DNA of 64,000 bases from Pirellulales bacterium (GTDB lineage: Bacteria > Planctomycetota > Planctomycetia > Pirellulales > JAICIG01). The translations under genes were made by a program, and so were the position numbers. The notes beneath the pieces are model-generated. The model ran no database searches, was not told the origin of the DNA, and worked only from the letters and a program-made list of their open reading frames with translations. The DNA lies in contig JBBDYJ010000001.1 of assembly GCA_040901675.1 (NCBI GenBank), positions 139,618 to 203,617 on the forward strand, in the 5' to 3' direction. Below are positions 32,233 to 42,455 of the stretch, one piece after another. How positions within the stretch are numbered: the first letter of the stretch is position 1; each line of letters starts with the position of its first letter.

Positions 32233-32775
32233 ATGGCCAAGAAGCGCCCGGGTACCTTTCGAACCACCATTTCAGTCCCTCGAGACCTGAAGCGCCGGAT
32301 GGACGAGTCCGGCGAGGACATCAACTGGTCCGCGCTGGCGTGCAAGGCGTTTCAGGAAAAGCTGGCCGAGATTGCGGCCAGGAAAGAGAGCAAGAACCCA
32401 GACGACGTCATTGAGCGGCTGCGGGCGTCGAAGGAACGCTCGGACAGCGGCGCCTACAGGGAAGGCTTCGCGGCCGGGCAGGCGTGGGCCAGCAACACGG
32501 CCGAAGCCATCGAGCTGGAACGAGTCGACAAGCTGCACCAACGTCTCAGCGAGGCGGACTGGAAATGGTGGTTCGCGAGCGACGACAACAACACCTACTC
32601 ACCGGCCGAGTTGTTCGTGTTTATCGTCAGGCCCGAAAACGAGCAGGATCGCGCCTATGCCGAGTCCTTCTGGCGCGAGCTCGGCAGAGACTACCTTCAG
32701 ATCGAAGACGAATGGATGCGCGGCTTCGCCGAGGGGGCCCTCGAGGTGTGGAAAGAGGTGAAGTCGAAGCTGTAG
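32233..32775 (+). CDS. Hypothetical protein with N-terminal ribbon-helix-helix-like DNA-binding region
   Basis: RTTISVPRDLKRRMDE...INWSALACKAFQEKL fits the beta-alpha-alpha RHH pattern; acidic, Trp-rich C-domain. Confidence 0.72.
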   Translation: MAKKRPGTFRTTISVPRDLKRRMDESGEDINWSALACKAFQEKLAEIAARKESKNPDDVIERLRASKERSDSGAYREGFAAGQAWASNTAEAIELERVDKLHQRLSEADWKWWFASDDNNTYSPAELFVFIVRPENEQDRAYAESFWRELGRDYLQIEDEWMRGFAEGALEVWKEVKSKL

Positions 32776-32790
32776 CGGCCCGCTACCCGC

Positions 32791-34467
32791 TCAGCGGGCA
32801 GTCTCGGCGATCACGCGGTAGATCCGCAGTGCCTCGCGATATTCGTCCAAGGCGGCCTTGGGCAGCACGCCGGTGCTGCGGGCGATCTGGCTCTCGACAC
32901 GCTGGATCAGGAACTCCACTTCCTCGCGGCGAGGCCGCAAGGGCTTGCCGGCCACGTCGATGTGAACGGGGCCGCTGTGGGCGAAGCGGACCCGCCGGTC
33001 CGGCCGGTTTTCAAAGCAGCGGACCGCGATCCATGAGGAGCCGTCGACCGCCAGCTTCTCATCAATGCGGCTCTCGAAGGCGTCCTGCTCTGTCTTGCGG
33101 TTTTCCGGAACCACGGTACGCACCACCTCGCCGTTGACAACGATCTCGATCGCCCGCAGAGGCTGGGCGCTGGAGGCCGAACCGCGAACGTGGTACTCGC
33201 GGGCGGCCGGCCCGTCTTCCTTGAACGTGTGGCCGGGCTCGCGGCCGCCGACGCGGACGAACAGCATCGGTCCCGTGGTCACGAAGCTCCGCCCGGCATT
33301 GAGCCCCGCGAGCCAGGCCTCGTACGAAAAACCGTCGGGAAGGTGGACATAAACTCGCCCGAACCCCAAGGGCACCGGGTGGACGCCCGAGGCGGTGCCG
33401 GCCGTGGGCCGCAACCGGAAGCCGCAATTGAGCAGCGTGTAGTAGTTCTGGAAACCGTACTCGATCCAACCTCGCTCGGTGAATCCGCGATCGTCCAGCT
33501 CGACGCGCATGAACTCGGGGGCCGGCTCGCCGAACTCTCCAAAGCCGAACTCGGTCCGCCAGACGTGGTTGTTCGCCAGCTCGTACAGGTCGACCGGCAT
33601 GATCGGCACCAGGGCCATCGACCAGGGCCAGTTGTGCTTGTCGAGCTCGATCAGCCCTCCCTCGCCGTGTGCCTTGTCGGCGATTGGCCGCACCGGCGGG
33701 ACGCCTTCGTCGAACAAGGTCTGGTGGTTCAGCACGAAAAACGCACCCAGTGTGTGCCGCTCGTCGCCGACGCTGAAGATCTCGTACTCGGTGTTGCGGG
33801 GGTAGATCACGTGCGTGGCATCCACAGCGATCAACTTCGGCTCGATATCGCCCGCGGCGCTCCGCTCGGCCGTCCGGGGCGAGGCGAAGGCCTCGGTCAC
33901 CCAGTAGAGCAAGGGGAAGGCAACGTTGAGCTCCTCGGCGAGCATCAGGGTGGGCAGCTCGTCGAGTGTGCCGTGGACGTGTGTTTCGCCGGAGTACCAA
34001 CCCAGTTGTTCGAGGTTGATCCAGCGCCGCAGCTCGATCGACAGATCAACCGGTTCCGCACCGACAGTGAACGGGCGCGACTCGGCGTGGTATTCCTTGC
34101 CGCGCTCGACCGTTAACGTGTAACGGCCGGGCGGCAGGTCGATGACGAATGGGTGGGCCGAGAGCGTGGTGTGCATCTCGGCGATGCCGTCGGGCCGCTG
34201 CTTGCGATACGCGACCGCCGAGCCGGCCGGGTCGGCCGAGCGGGGAAAGTGCCATGTGCCGTCTTGCCCTTGAATATAGACCCGTGCCGCGACCCTCTTC
34301 CCGGTGGCCGCATCCAGCACCTCGCCCCGCACGCTGACCGCCGGTGGCTCGAGCTCGCCGGCCGAGACCCGCCCGGCTACTCCCCAGCGGCCATCGCCCG
34401 CAGCAGCCCACAATCCGGCGGCTGTTAGAACAGCCAATCCGGCCCAACCGCGCCTTGGAGCTTTCAT
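32791..34467 (-). CDS. Secreted CehA/McbA-like (PHP-fold) metallohydrolase
   Basis: Signal peptide, Ig-like PPGRYTLTVERGKEY, GWYSGETHVH, GRSFVTTGP, RFAHSGPV. Confidence 0.8.
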   Translation of the reverse strand: MKAPRRGWAGLAVLTAAGLWAAAGDGRWGVAGRVSAGELEPPAVSVRGEVLDAATGKRVAARVYIQGQDGTWHFPRSADPAGSAVAYRKQRPDGIAEMHTTLSAHPFVIDLPPGRYTLTVERGKEYHAESRPFTVGAEPVDLSIELRRWINLEQLGWYSGETHVHGTLDELPTLMLAEELNVAFPLLYWVTEAFASPRTAERSAAGDIEPKLIAVDATHVIYPRNTEYEIFSVGDERHTLGAFFVLNHQTLFDEGVPPVRPIADKAHGEGGLIELDKHNWPWSMALVPIMPVDLYELANNHVWRTEFGFGEFGEPAPEFMRVELDDRGFTERGWIEYGFQNYYTLLNCGFRLRPTAGTASGVHPVPLGFGRVYVHLPDGFSYEAWLAGLNAGRSFVTTGPMLFVRVGGREPGHTFKEDGPAAREYHVRGSASSAQPLRAIEIVVNGEVVRTVVPENRKTEQDAFESRIDEKLAVDGSSWIAVRCFENRPDRRVRFAHSGPVHIDVAGKPLRPRREEVEFLIQRVESQIARSTGVLPKAALDEYREALRIYRVIAETAR

Positions 34468-34632
34468 CGCGTTGTTCTCCCATGCTCGCCACCCGCTGCT
34501 CGCGGCCAGTGGGCGCGTACGATAATTTTCCCTCGTGCAAATCGCCTGTGCCTATCTGGACAAATGTTCCCCTATGCGATAAGATTTCGGTTCTTAAGCT
34601 CTCAAGTCCACGTGCCGGTGCGAGAGTCTCGA

Positions 34633-36312
34633 ATGGACACTAGATTCAGCGTATACCGAAAGATTGAAGACGCTCCCCGCGTGGCCGTGCACGGGCAGGT
34701 GTTCACGAAACCGCACATCGTCGATTTGATGCTGGACCTGGCGGGCTACACGGGCGACGAATCAAAGACTTTACTCGATCCGGGGTGCGGGCACGGGGCG
34801 TTTCTGGTGCAGGCAGCGTCGCGGCTCCTGAAATCGCGCGGGACCGTGAAGTCAAGCGAGGAGGTTGCCCAGTGTCTGCTTGGCATCGAGAAAGACGAAG
34901 CGGCAGCGGCTTGCTGCAAGGACCAGTTAAAAGCCGTCCTTCAATCCAGCGGAGTCACGGCAGGCGTTGCGGCGGAGATTGCCGGGCGTTGGGTTCTCGT
35001 TGGAGATTTTCTGGAGGAGGAGTTTCCCCGGCAATTTGACTACGTCGTCGGGAATCCGCCGTACGTGCGACAAGAGGCGATTCCGAAGGAGCAATTGGAG
35101 AGATACCGGGCCGATTTCGAGTGCTTCTACGATCGAGCTGATCTGTATGTCGCGTTCTTCGAAAAAAGCCTGGGCTTGCTTGCTGAAGGGGGTTGCCTGG
35201 CGTTGATCTGCCCCGACCGGTTTGCCAAGAACAAGTACGGCAAGAAGCTGCGAGCATTGATCTCGCAGCATTTCAGTGTCGAATGCGTGCTCGATCTGGC
35301 CCAAGCTTCACCGTTTGAGCCCGATGTGACGTGCTACCCGGGCATCTTTGTGCTGCGCCGCATCGGGCACCGGAGCAAGACAAATCATGTCGATTACTTC
35401 CGAATGACGGAAGCCACGCTCGAGGAGTGCGAGGCCGTTCGATGCAAGCAGTCGAACGGCACGGTCACGTACCATCGGTATGATGGATGGTTTACCGGTG
35501 AACAACAGTGGTCCATCGAGTCACCCAGGCATCTGGCATTGCTTCGCCGGCTTGAGACAGAATGCGTTGCGCTGGGCAACGCCTCTTCCGGCTGTCGCGT
35601 GGGAATTGGCGTTGCCACCGGCGCCGACGAGATCTTCATCGTCGATCAGCATTGCGATGAAGTAGAACGCCGATTGTTGATGCCCCTTGTAACCACAAGG
35701 GACGTAGCAAGTGGCGCAGTGGCCTGGACGGGCAAGTGCGTCATCAATCCGTTTGTCGGCGACACATCGGCATTAATCGACCTGGAGCAGTTCCCCAAGG
35801 CCCGAGCCTATTTTCAAAGGCATCGACAACGCTTGGAAAGTCGGAACGTCGCCCAACGCGATCTCGATCGGTGGTACAGAACGATCGATCGTGTCTATCC
35901 TGACTTACAGACGCGCCCCAAGCTGCTCATCCCCGACATCAAGGCCGAGAACTTGATTGTGCTCGAAGAAGGGCGGCTCTATCCCCATCACAATCTCTAT
36001 TACGTCGCGTCGCCTTATTGGGATTTAAAGGCGCTTCGCACGATACTGCGTTCGTCCATCGGCAAGTTCTTCGTGTGGATGTACGGCGTCAAGATGCGGG
36101 GGGACTTCCTCCGATTTCAGGCTCAATACCTCAGGCGAATCTGCATTCCGCCTCTTATGACGACCAGCAAGGCCGTCGTCGATCGATTACGGCGTGTGGA
36201 TAGCTCGGACGACCAAGATCAAATCGATGCTGTGGTAGCGCAGGCATATGGCCTGAACAGCGACGAATTGGAGCTGCTTCGGGCTGTAGCTCTTCCCCGA
36301 CGCCAACGCTAA
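34633..36312 (+). CDS. N6-adenine DNA methyltransferase, gamma class, M.PaeR7I/M.XhoI-like
   Basis: Motif I DPGCGHGAF precedes motif IV GNPPY; C-terminal GIGVATGAD, WYRTIDR, KLLIPDIK, HNLYY, LRFQAQYLRRI recall the PaeR7I family. Confidence 0.9.
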   Translation: MDTRFSVYRKIEDAPRVAVHGQVFTKPHIVDLMLDLAGYTGDESKTLLDPGCGHGAFLVQAASRLLKSRGTVKSSEEVAQCLLGIEKDEAAAACCKDQLKAVLQSSGVTAGVAAEIAGRWVLVGDFLEEEFPRQFDYVVGNPPYVRQEAIPKEQLERYRADFECFYDRADLYVAFFEKSLGLLAEGGCLALICPDRFAKNKYGKKLRALISQHFSVECVLDLAQASPFEPDVTCYPGIFVLRRIGHRSKTNHVDYFRMTEATLEECEAVRCKQSNGTVTYHRYDGWFTGEQQWSIESPRHLALLRRLETECVALGNASSGCRVGIGVATGADEIFIVDQHCDEVERRLLMPLVTTRDVASGAVAWTGKCVINPFVGDTSALIDLEQFPKARAYFQRHRQRLESRNVAQRDLDRWYRTIDRVYPDLQTRPKLLIPDIKAENLIVLEEGRLYPHHNLYYVASPYWDLKALRTILRSSIGKFFVWMYGVKMRGDFLRFQAQYLRRICIPPLMTTSKAVVDRLRRVDSSDDQDQIDAVVAQAYGLNSDELELLRAVALPRRQR

Positions 36313-37175
36313 ATCAGCCGGCGCAACTTGGCAACATCCAGGAGCCGGCGAATAAAGGGGCGAGAGTCAAGACGATCATCAACTGACGACGTCGCGAACG
36401 ACCACTCGTCTGCCGTCTTGGGATGTGCCTTGAGGCGCCTTACCTTGACTGGCACGAGCGCAACTGCATCGTAATGCACCGTCGGTTCGAGCGATGGCTC
36501 CTTAGCGACGAGATCCAGCAATGATTCCTCGGCGAGCGTTATGGCGTCCTGACGCCGCCGTGAGCTCGCAATGGCTTGCTTGCGGTACTTCGCTACATTG
36601 TCGAGCCGAAAAAAGTCGCCGCCCTCCTCAATCAACTCTAGGAATGGGGCTACTCCCCTGACTTCGCCCGAGCCAATCCGATCCGGCCGGAGGTTGCCCT
36701 TTTCCGCCAGGCCACGCGGCACTCTGCCATCCAGCATAAAGAAGAAAAAGCCGAATGAACATGGCAGATCGTACAGTCTCAATACCGCTGAATCGCCGAA
36801 GGCCTCCTCGATTCGGTTGGTTAAGTTGCGGTACGCGCTCTGCATCGTCTTGATCGAGATCAGAATCTTCGGCTCGCCTTGCAGAGGCCAACAGACGTCA
36901 AAGCGCTTTGAACGATGGGGACGAAAGCGAATCTGCCGCGGGCCTACTTCAGACGCAGTTACGCCAAGCGACGATGCCAATTGTGTCCGCCAGAATTGCT
37001 CGAAGACGCCGACGTGTCGAGCGTTTGTCGTCCCCAAGTTTCTGTCCTTGATCGGTGAGTCAAGGCCGCGGCCCTGGCGAAGTTGCAGTGCCTGCATCGC
37101 CTGAAAATAGGTGTGCCAGAAGGTGCGACAGGCCGCCGTGAGTTGATTGCCTGTCGTTTGAAAGTGCTTTGCCAT
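36309..37175 (-). CDS. Probable type II restriction endonuclease, distant PaeR7I/XhoI family (start uncertain)
   Basis: KRFDVCW...ILISIKTM...NLTNRIEEAFGD resembles the family KxWD...ELKS...NNRTEEAIG; convergent with the MTase, stops overlap by 4 nt. Confidence 0.72.
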   Translation of the reverse strand: MAKHFQTTGNQLTAACRTFWHTYFQAMQALQLRQGRGLDSPIKDRNLGTTNARHVGVFEQFWRTQLASSLGVTASEVGPRQIRFRPHRSKRFDVCWPLQGEPKILISIKTMQSAYRNLTNRIEEAFGDSAVLRLYDLPCSFGFFFFMLDGRVPRGLAEKGNLRPDRIGSGEVRGVAPFLELIEEGGDFFRLDNVAKYRKQAIASSRRRQDAITLAEESLLDLVAKEPSLEPTVHYDAVALVPVKVRRLKAHPKTADEWSFATSSVDDRLDSRPFIRRLLDVAKLRRLI

Positions 37176-37405
37176 TTGGCCCGGCCGATGGATGGACAGA
37201 ATCCGAGGCGCATAGTCTGGCACCATCGCTATTGATCGACGCATGGCCGGTCGGGAATGAGGCAATCGCCGCGCCGGGCGATTGGCTTGCGACAGCCGAC
37301 CAGTTACAATGGCGACCGGCTTACTCGCGCATGGAGTCGGCCCAGGCCTACCGTATTGTCCCGCCTAATAGAATCGTCCCGCCTAACAAGCCCACCGGGG
37401 AGATC

Positions 37406-38614
37406 ATGCCAGGTCGTCAGACAAGGCCAGTCGCAGGGCCGGCCGCTCGTGTCTTGGTATCTTTGGCTGCTTACGCCCTGTTTGCCGTCGGGCCTCAGTG
37501 CGGCCGAGGGCTTGCCGGCGATGAGGCGGCCGGCGACCTGGCGGGACCGCTGGAAGTCCTGCGATCCGTGGGCCCGATGGGCGCGGGCAACGAGGCGGCC
37601 GCCCGGGCGTGGCGCGCGGTGGTCAAGGCGAATGCCGAAGACTTGACCGAGGTGCTGGCCGCGTTGGATGGGGCCGGGCCGCTGGCGGCCAACTGGATCC
37701 GCTCCGCCGTCGATGCCATCGCCGAGCGGCAGGTGCGCGCGGGGGGCGATTTGCCCAAGGAGGAACTCGAAGCGTTCATCCACGATACCGAGCATTCTCC
37801 GCGCGGTCGGCGGATGGCATTTGAATGGCTCACGCGGGTCGACGCCTCGGCCCCCGACCGGCTCATTCCCGGCTTGCTCAACGACTCAAGCGTTGAGTTC
37901 CGCCGCGACGCCGTGGCCCGGCTGCTGGCGGAGGCCGAAGCGCTGGGGGGCAAGAGCGATGAGACCTCGAAGGCAGCCGCCGGCGAGGTGTACCGCAAGG
38001 CCTTGTCCGGGGCGCGCGACGTGGACCAGGTTCAACAGATCAAGGGCGAACTGGAGAAGCTGGGCCACAAGGTCGATCTGGCCAGGCACTTCGGCTTTCT
38101 GCTCGATTGGAAGCTGATCGGCCCCTTCGACAACACGGATGAGAAGGGCTTCGACGTTGTCTATCCGCCTGAAGAGGTGCTGGACCCGGCGGCTGAGTAC
38201 GAAGGCAAGCCGGGCAGCAATGGCTCGCGCCTCGTCCAATGGGTGGACCACAGCAGCAAAAACGAGTTCGGCCAGGTCGATCTGAATCAGGCGTTGGGAA
38301 AGGCCAACGGAGTCGCGGCCTATGCCTTGGCCGAGTTCGACAGCGCCGAACAGCAAGAGGTCGAGTTGCGCCTCGGCTCGTTGAACGCGGTGAAGCTGTG
38401 GCTCAACGGCGACTTGCTCCATCAGCACCGCGTCTATCACTCCGGCGCGCAGATGGACCAGTATATCGCCCGCGGCCGGTTTGAACCCGGACGCAACCTG
38501 ATTCTTCTCAAGGTCTGCCAGAACGAACAGGCCGAAGAGTGGGCGCAGGCCTGGGCCTTCCAGCTCCGCGTCTGCGACTCCGCCGGCACGGCCATCCTTT
38601 CGCGGGACCGGTGA
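37406..38614 (+). CDS. Hypothetical secreted protein (helical N-region, beta-rich C-domain)
   Basis: GGAG RBS, signal-like segment, W.LIGPFDN...KLWLNG...G.NLILLKVCQ pattern common in Planctomycete exported proteins. Confidence 0.75.
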   Translation: MPGRQTRPVAGPAARVLVSLAAYALFAVGPQCGRGLAGDEAAGDLAGPLEVLRSVGPMGAGNEAAARAWRAVVKANAEDLTEVLAALDGAGPLAANWIRSAVDAIAERQVRAGGDLPKEELEAFIHDTEHSPRGRRMAFEWLTRVDASAPDRLIPGLLNDSSVEFRRDAVARLLAEAEALGGKSDETSKAAAGEVYRKALSGARDVDQVQQIKGELEKLGHKVDLARHFGFLLDWKLIGPFDNTDEKGFDVVYPPEEVLDPAAEYEGKPGSNGSRLVQWVDHSSKNEFGQVDLNQALGKANGVAAYALAEFDSAEQQEVELRLGSLNAVKLWLNGDLLHQHRVYHSGAQMDQYIARGRFEPGRNLILLKVCQNEQAEEWAQAWAFQLRVCDSAGTAILSRDR

Positions 38615-38687
38615 GAACAAGAACCCTGATCAGAAGTCCACGTCGTCACCCAGCGAACCCTTTCGTCAATCGAGTCAAAAGCCGACC

Positions 38688-39968
38688 ATGAACAAACCGT
38701 CGTTGCTTCGCTCCGTTCGGTCCCATTGCCTGCGGATTCGTGCTTGGCCGCTCTATCTCTGCCTGCTCTCGGCCGCGGCGGCCGGCGCCGACTGGCGGCA
38801 ATTCCGCGGCAACGACAACACGGGCGCGGGCCCGGCCGGATCACTGCCGGTCGAGTGGAGCGTGCCGGGCGATGAAGCCGGCGGCGCGGCCAAAAGCAAG
38901 AACATCGCCTGGCAGGCCGATTTGCCGGGGCGCGGCGTATCGAGCCCGATTGTGGTCGGCGGCAAAGTCATTGTCACCGCCTCCAGCGGCATCCGGCAAG
39001 ATCGGCTGCACGTGCTGGCCTTCGACGTCGAGACCGGCCAACTGGCCTGGGAGCGGCAGTTCTGGGCCACCGGACATACCTCTTGCCATCCCACCATGGC
39101 GGTGGCCGCCCCGACGCCGGCCAGCGACGGCGAGCACGTGTTCGCCTTCTACTCTTCAAACGACATGGTCGCTCTGGACCTCGATGGCAACCTGCAGTGG
39201 GTCCGCGGCCTGACGCACGACTTTCCCGCGGCGGCCAACGACGTCGGCATGGCGGCCTCGCCGGTGGTGATCGGCGACACCTTGGTGGTGCAGGTGGAGA
39301 ACAAGGGCGAGTCGTTTGCCGCCGGGCTCGACACGGCCACGGGCCAGACACGCTGGCAGCACGACCGCGACAAGCAAATGAACTGGACATCGCCGGCGGT
39401 GCTGCGCGGCAAGGGCCCGGCCGACGACGCCGTTCTGCTGCAATCGCCAAGCCGGCTCACCGCGCACCATCCACGCACGGGCGAGCAGCTCTGGGCCTAC
39501 CCGGCAGGCTGCTCGGTGATCCCCTCGGTGGTGGCTGCCGAGGGGACCGTCTTTTTGCCTACCGGCGGGCTGACTGCGCTGCGGCCCCCATCGGGCAGCC
39601 AGGCGGCCGAGGTCCTTTGGACCCAGGCCAAACTGGGTCCCGGCTCCGCCAGCCCCCTGATCGACCAGGGACGAGTCTACGCCCTGAACAACGGCGGGGT
39701 GCTGACCTGCGGCGATGCCGCGACGGGAGAGGAGCTGTGGCGGCTCCGGCTGGCCGGCCCTTTTTGGGCAACGCCGATCGCCGCGGGCGGCCATATCTAC
39801 TGCGTGAACGAAAAGGGGCTGGCCCAGGTGGTCCGCCCACAGGAATCGGAGGGTGAACTGGTGGCCCGCAACGATTTCGGCGAGCCGATCCTGGCTTCGC
39901 CCGCCGCGGACGGCCACGCGCTCTACTTCCGCAGCGATGCTCATCTGTGGAAAATCGAGGGACGCTGA
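38688..39968 (+). CDS. PQQ-like beta-propeller protein (BamB-like family expanded in Planctomycetes)
   Basis: ADWRQFRG, SSPIVVG, repeated D..TG...W blades. Confidence 0.9.
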   Translation: MNKPSLLRSVRSHCLRIRAWPLYLCLLSAAAAGADWRQFRGNDNTGAGPAGSLPVEWSVPGDEAGGAAKSKNIAWQADLPGRGVSSPIVVGGKVIVTASSGIRQDRLHVLAFDVETGQLAWERQFWATGHTSCHPTMAVAAPTPASDGEHVFAFYSSNDMVALDLDGNLQWVRGLTHDFPAAANDVGMAASPVVIGDTLVVQVENKGESFAAGLDTATGQTRWQHDRDKQMNWTSPAVLRGKGPADDAVLLQSPSRLTAHHPRTGEQLWAYPAGCSVIPSVVAAEGTVFLPTGGLTALRPPSGSQAAEVLWTQAKLGPGSASPLIDQGRVYALNNGGVLTCGDAATGEELWRLRLAGPFWATPIAAGGHIYCVNEKGLAQVVRPQESEGELVARNDFGEPILASPAADGHALYFRSDAHLWKIEGR

Positions 39969-40008
39969 TTTCACCTCGACCGGCCGATCCAACGTCCCCC
40001 ATTCGTCG

Positions 40009-41295
40009 ATGCCTTCCAAAGCCGATCAAATCGAAATCGAGCCGACAGGGCCGCTCGTCGGCTCCGTGAGGCCTCCAGGGTCCAAGAGCCTGACGAACCG
40101 CGCGTTGGTTTGCGCGGCCCTGGCCGAGGGCGACTCTACGCTCCATGGCGCACTAGACAGCGAAGACACCCAAGTCATGGTCGAAGGGCTGCGGCGATTG
40201 GGGTTCGGCGTCGATTCTGATCGCTCCAGCGGGCGCATCGTGGTGCGAGGCGCGGCGGGCCGGGTGCCGGCCAAGGGGGCCGACTTGTACGTGGCCAACA
40301 GCGGCACGACGATCCGCTTTCTTGCCGCGCTGACCACGCTGGGACATGGAACTTTCAGGCTCGACGGCACGCCCCGCATGCGCCAGCGGCCGATCGGCGA
40401 CCTGATCGAGGCCTTGAGGCAGCTTGGGGCCGATGCGGCCAGCGAGCACGACAACGGATGCCCGCCGGTGATCATCCGGGCACGCGGCCTGCCGGGCGTC
40501 AAGGCAACGGTCCGCGGCGACGTCTCCAGCCAGTTCCTCAGCGGGTTGTTGATGGCAGCCCCCTTCGCCGAAGAGCCGGTCGAGCTTTCGGTGAAAGGCG
40601 ACCTGGTATCGAAACCTTACATCCGCATGACGCTGGAGGTCATGGCTGCCTTTGGCGTCGAGGTCGAACGGCTCGGGGACCAGCGCTTCAAGCTTCCCGC
40701 CGGGGCGGCCTATCGAGCGTGCGAGTACCAGATCGAACCCGATGCTTCGGCCGCCAGCTATTTCTTTGCCGCGGCGGCCATCAGTGGCGGCCGGGTGACC
40801 GTCGAGGGGTTGTCGAGGGATAGCGTCCAAGGCGACGTAGCATTCGTCGACCTCTTGCAGCGGATGGGTTGCCAGGCGCTTTTCGAACACGACCGGATAA
40901 CGGTCGCCGCCGGTCCGCTCAAGGGCATCGAAGCGGACATGAACGCCATCAGCGACACCGTGCAGACGCTGGCCGCCGTGGCCTTGTTTGCCGACGGGCC
41001 AACCACGATCCGCGGCGTCGCGCACATCCGGCACAAAGAAACCGACCGGATCGGGGCCCTGGCCGCCGAGCTGCGAAGGCTGGGCGCCTACGTGGACGAG
41101 CGGGCCGATGGCCTTTGCATCGAGCCGGCCGCCCTGCACGGCGCCACGATCGAGACCTACCAGGATCACCGCATGGCAATGAGCCTGGCGCTGGTCGGTC
41201 TCAAGACGCCCGGCGTGATCATCCGCGACCCCGCCTGCACCGCGAAGACCTACCCCAAGTTCTTCGAAGACCTTGCGGGGCTCGCGGGTCAATAG
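40009..41295 (+). CDS. aroA: 3-phosphoshikimate 1-carboxyvinyltransferase (EPSP synthase)
   Basis: PGSKSLTNR, NSGTTIRF, SSQFLS, KETDR, DHRMAM, KTYP. Confidence 0.97.
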   Translation: MPSKADQIEIEPTGPLVGSVRPPGSKSLTNRALVCAALAEGDSTLHGALDSEDTQVMVEGLRRLGFGVDSDRSSGRIVVRGAAGRVPAKGADLYVANSGTTIRFLAALTTLGHGTFRLDGTPRMRQRPIGDLIEALRQLGADAASEHDNGCPPVIIRARGLPGVKATVRGDVSSQFLSGLLMAAPFAEEPVELSVKGDLVSKPYIRMTLEVMAAFGVEVERLGDQRFKLPAGAAYRACEYQIEPDASAASYFFAAAAISGGRVTVEGLSRDSVQGDVAFVDLLQRMGCQALFEHDRITVAAGPLKGIEADMNAISDTVQTLAAVALFADGPTTIRGVAHIRHKETDRIGALAAELRRLGAYVDERADGLCIEPAALHGATIETYQDHRMAMSLALVGLKTPGVIIRDPACTAKTYPKFFEDLAGLAGQ

Positions 41296-41355
41296 TTGTC
41301 AGCCGCCGGCTCACGGAGCGCCACACTCCCCGCCGTCTGCTATACTTGGCTTGCC

Positions 41356-42354
41356 ATGTTCATCCGCAGGCGAAACCCGCTGGATCCGCTGGGCGGCACC
41401 GAGACGCCCGAGAGCTACGTCCTCTCCAGGCGGCGGGCGCTCAAAGTGGCCGGCGGAGTTGCTGGAGTAGCCGCCCTGGGCGGAGGCGGATACGCGGGCT
41501 GGCAATGGTTTCGCGGTTCCGACGCCGAGGTGATCGAACGCGGCAACACCGGGACCGAGGCACAACAGGGACTGAGCCGATTCTTCCCGGCAGCCCCCGA
41601 CCGACGCTTTACCTACGGCCGGCCAGAAACGGTCGAAGCCGAAGCAGCCCGCTATACCAACTTCTACGAGTTCTCCAGTTTCAAGTCGTCGTGGCGGAAT
41701 GTCGGAAAGTTCAAGACCGAGCCCTGGACGATCACGGTAAGCGGCCTGTGCCGCAATGCCTTCAAGCTGGACATCGGCGACTTCATGGCCCGTTACGCCA
41801 GCCGCCTTGTCGAGCGCCAGTATCGGCTGCGCTGCGTGGAAACGTGGGCCATGGCCATCCCCTGGACGGGCATCGAACTGGGTTGGGTGCTCAAGGATGC
41901 CGACCCGCTGCCGGCTGCAACGCACGTGCGGTTCGTGTCCTTCGACCGGCCGAGCGAGGCGCCGGGCATGGCCGGCACGCCCGAAATGCCCTGGCCCTAC
42001 ACCGAGGGGCTGACCCTGGCCGAAGCGGCCAACGAGTTGGTGCTGTTGGCGACCGGGATGTACGGACATCCGCTGCTCAAGCAGCACGGTGCGCCGGTGC
42101 GGCTGGTGGTGCCTTGGAAATACGGCTACAAGTCGATCAAGTCGATCGAACGAATCGAGCTGGTCAAGAGCCGCCCCGCCACCTTCTGGACCACCCTGGA
42201 TCCGGAAGCATATCCGTTCCAGTCGAACGTCGAGCCCGACGTGCCCCGTCCTTGGCCGCAAGACACCGAACGGATGCTCGGCACGGGCGATGTGTTTCCC
42301 ACCCAGCTCTACAACGGCTATGGCCAGTACGTGGCCAACCTCTACGTTGGCTGA
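41356..42354 (+). CDS. msrP: Protein-methionine-sulfoxide reductase catalytic subunit (molybdoenzyme)
   Basis: Tat-like SRRRALK, Y.NFYEF, YRLRCVETW, WPYTEGL, GAPVRLVVPWKYGYKSIKSI, YNGY. Confidence 0.93.
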   Translation: MFIRRRNPLDPLGGTETPESYVLSRRRALKVAGGVAGVAALGGGGYAGWQWFRGSDAEVIERGNTGTEAQQGLSRFFPAAPDRRFTYGRPETVEAEAARYTNFYEFSSFKSSWRNVGKFKTEPWTITVSGLCRNAFKLDIGDFMARYASRLVERQYRLRCVETWAMAIPWTGIELGWVLKDADPLPAATHVRFVSFDRPSEAPGMAGTPEMPWPYTEGLTLAEAANELVLLATGMYGHPLLKQHGAPVRLVVPWKYGYKSIKSIERIELVKSRPATFWTTLDPEAYPFQSNVEPDVPRPWPQDTERMLGTGDVFPTQLYNGYGQYVANLYVG

Positions 42355-42455
42355 TCCCTGCTGCGGCTAAGCTCCGCACGGCACGCGGAAGCGCGCTGCC
42401 GAAGAGCGAATGCCACGCGAGCGTGCCTGCGGCGAGATGGGCTGGGACTCGAACT

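Noticed and set aside
42375..42432. Degenerate GGCACGC..GCGTGCC REP-like pair after msrP
   Set aside because: Too degenerate, and no second copy in the window.
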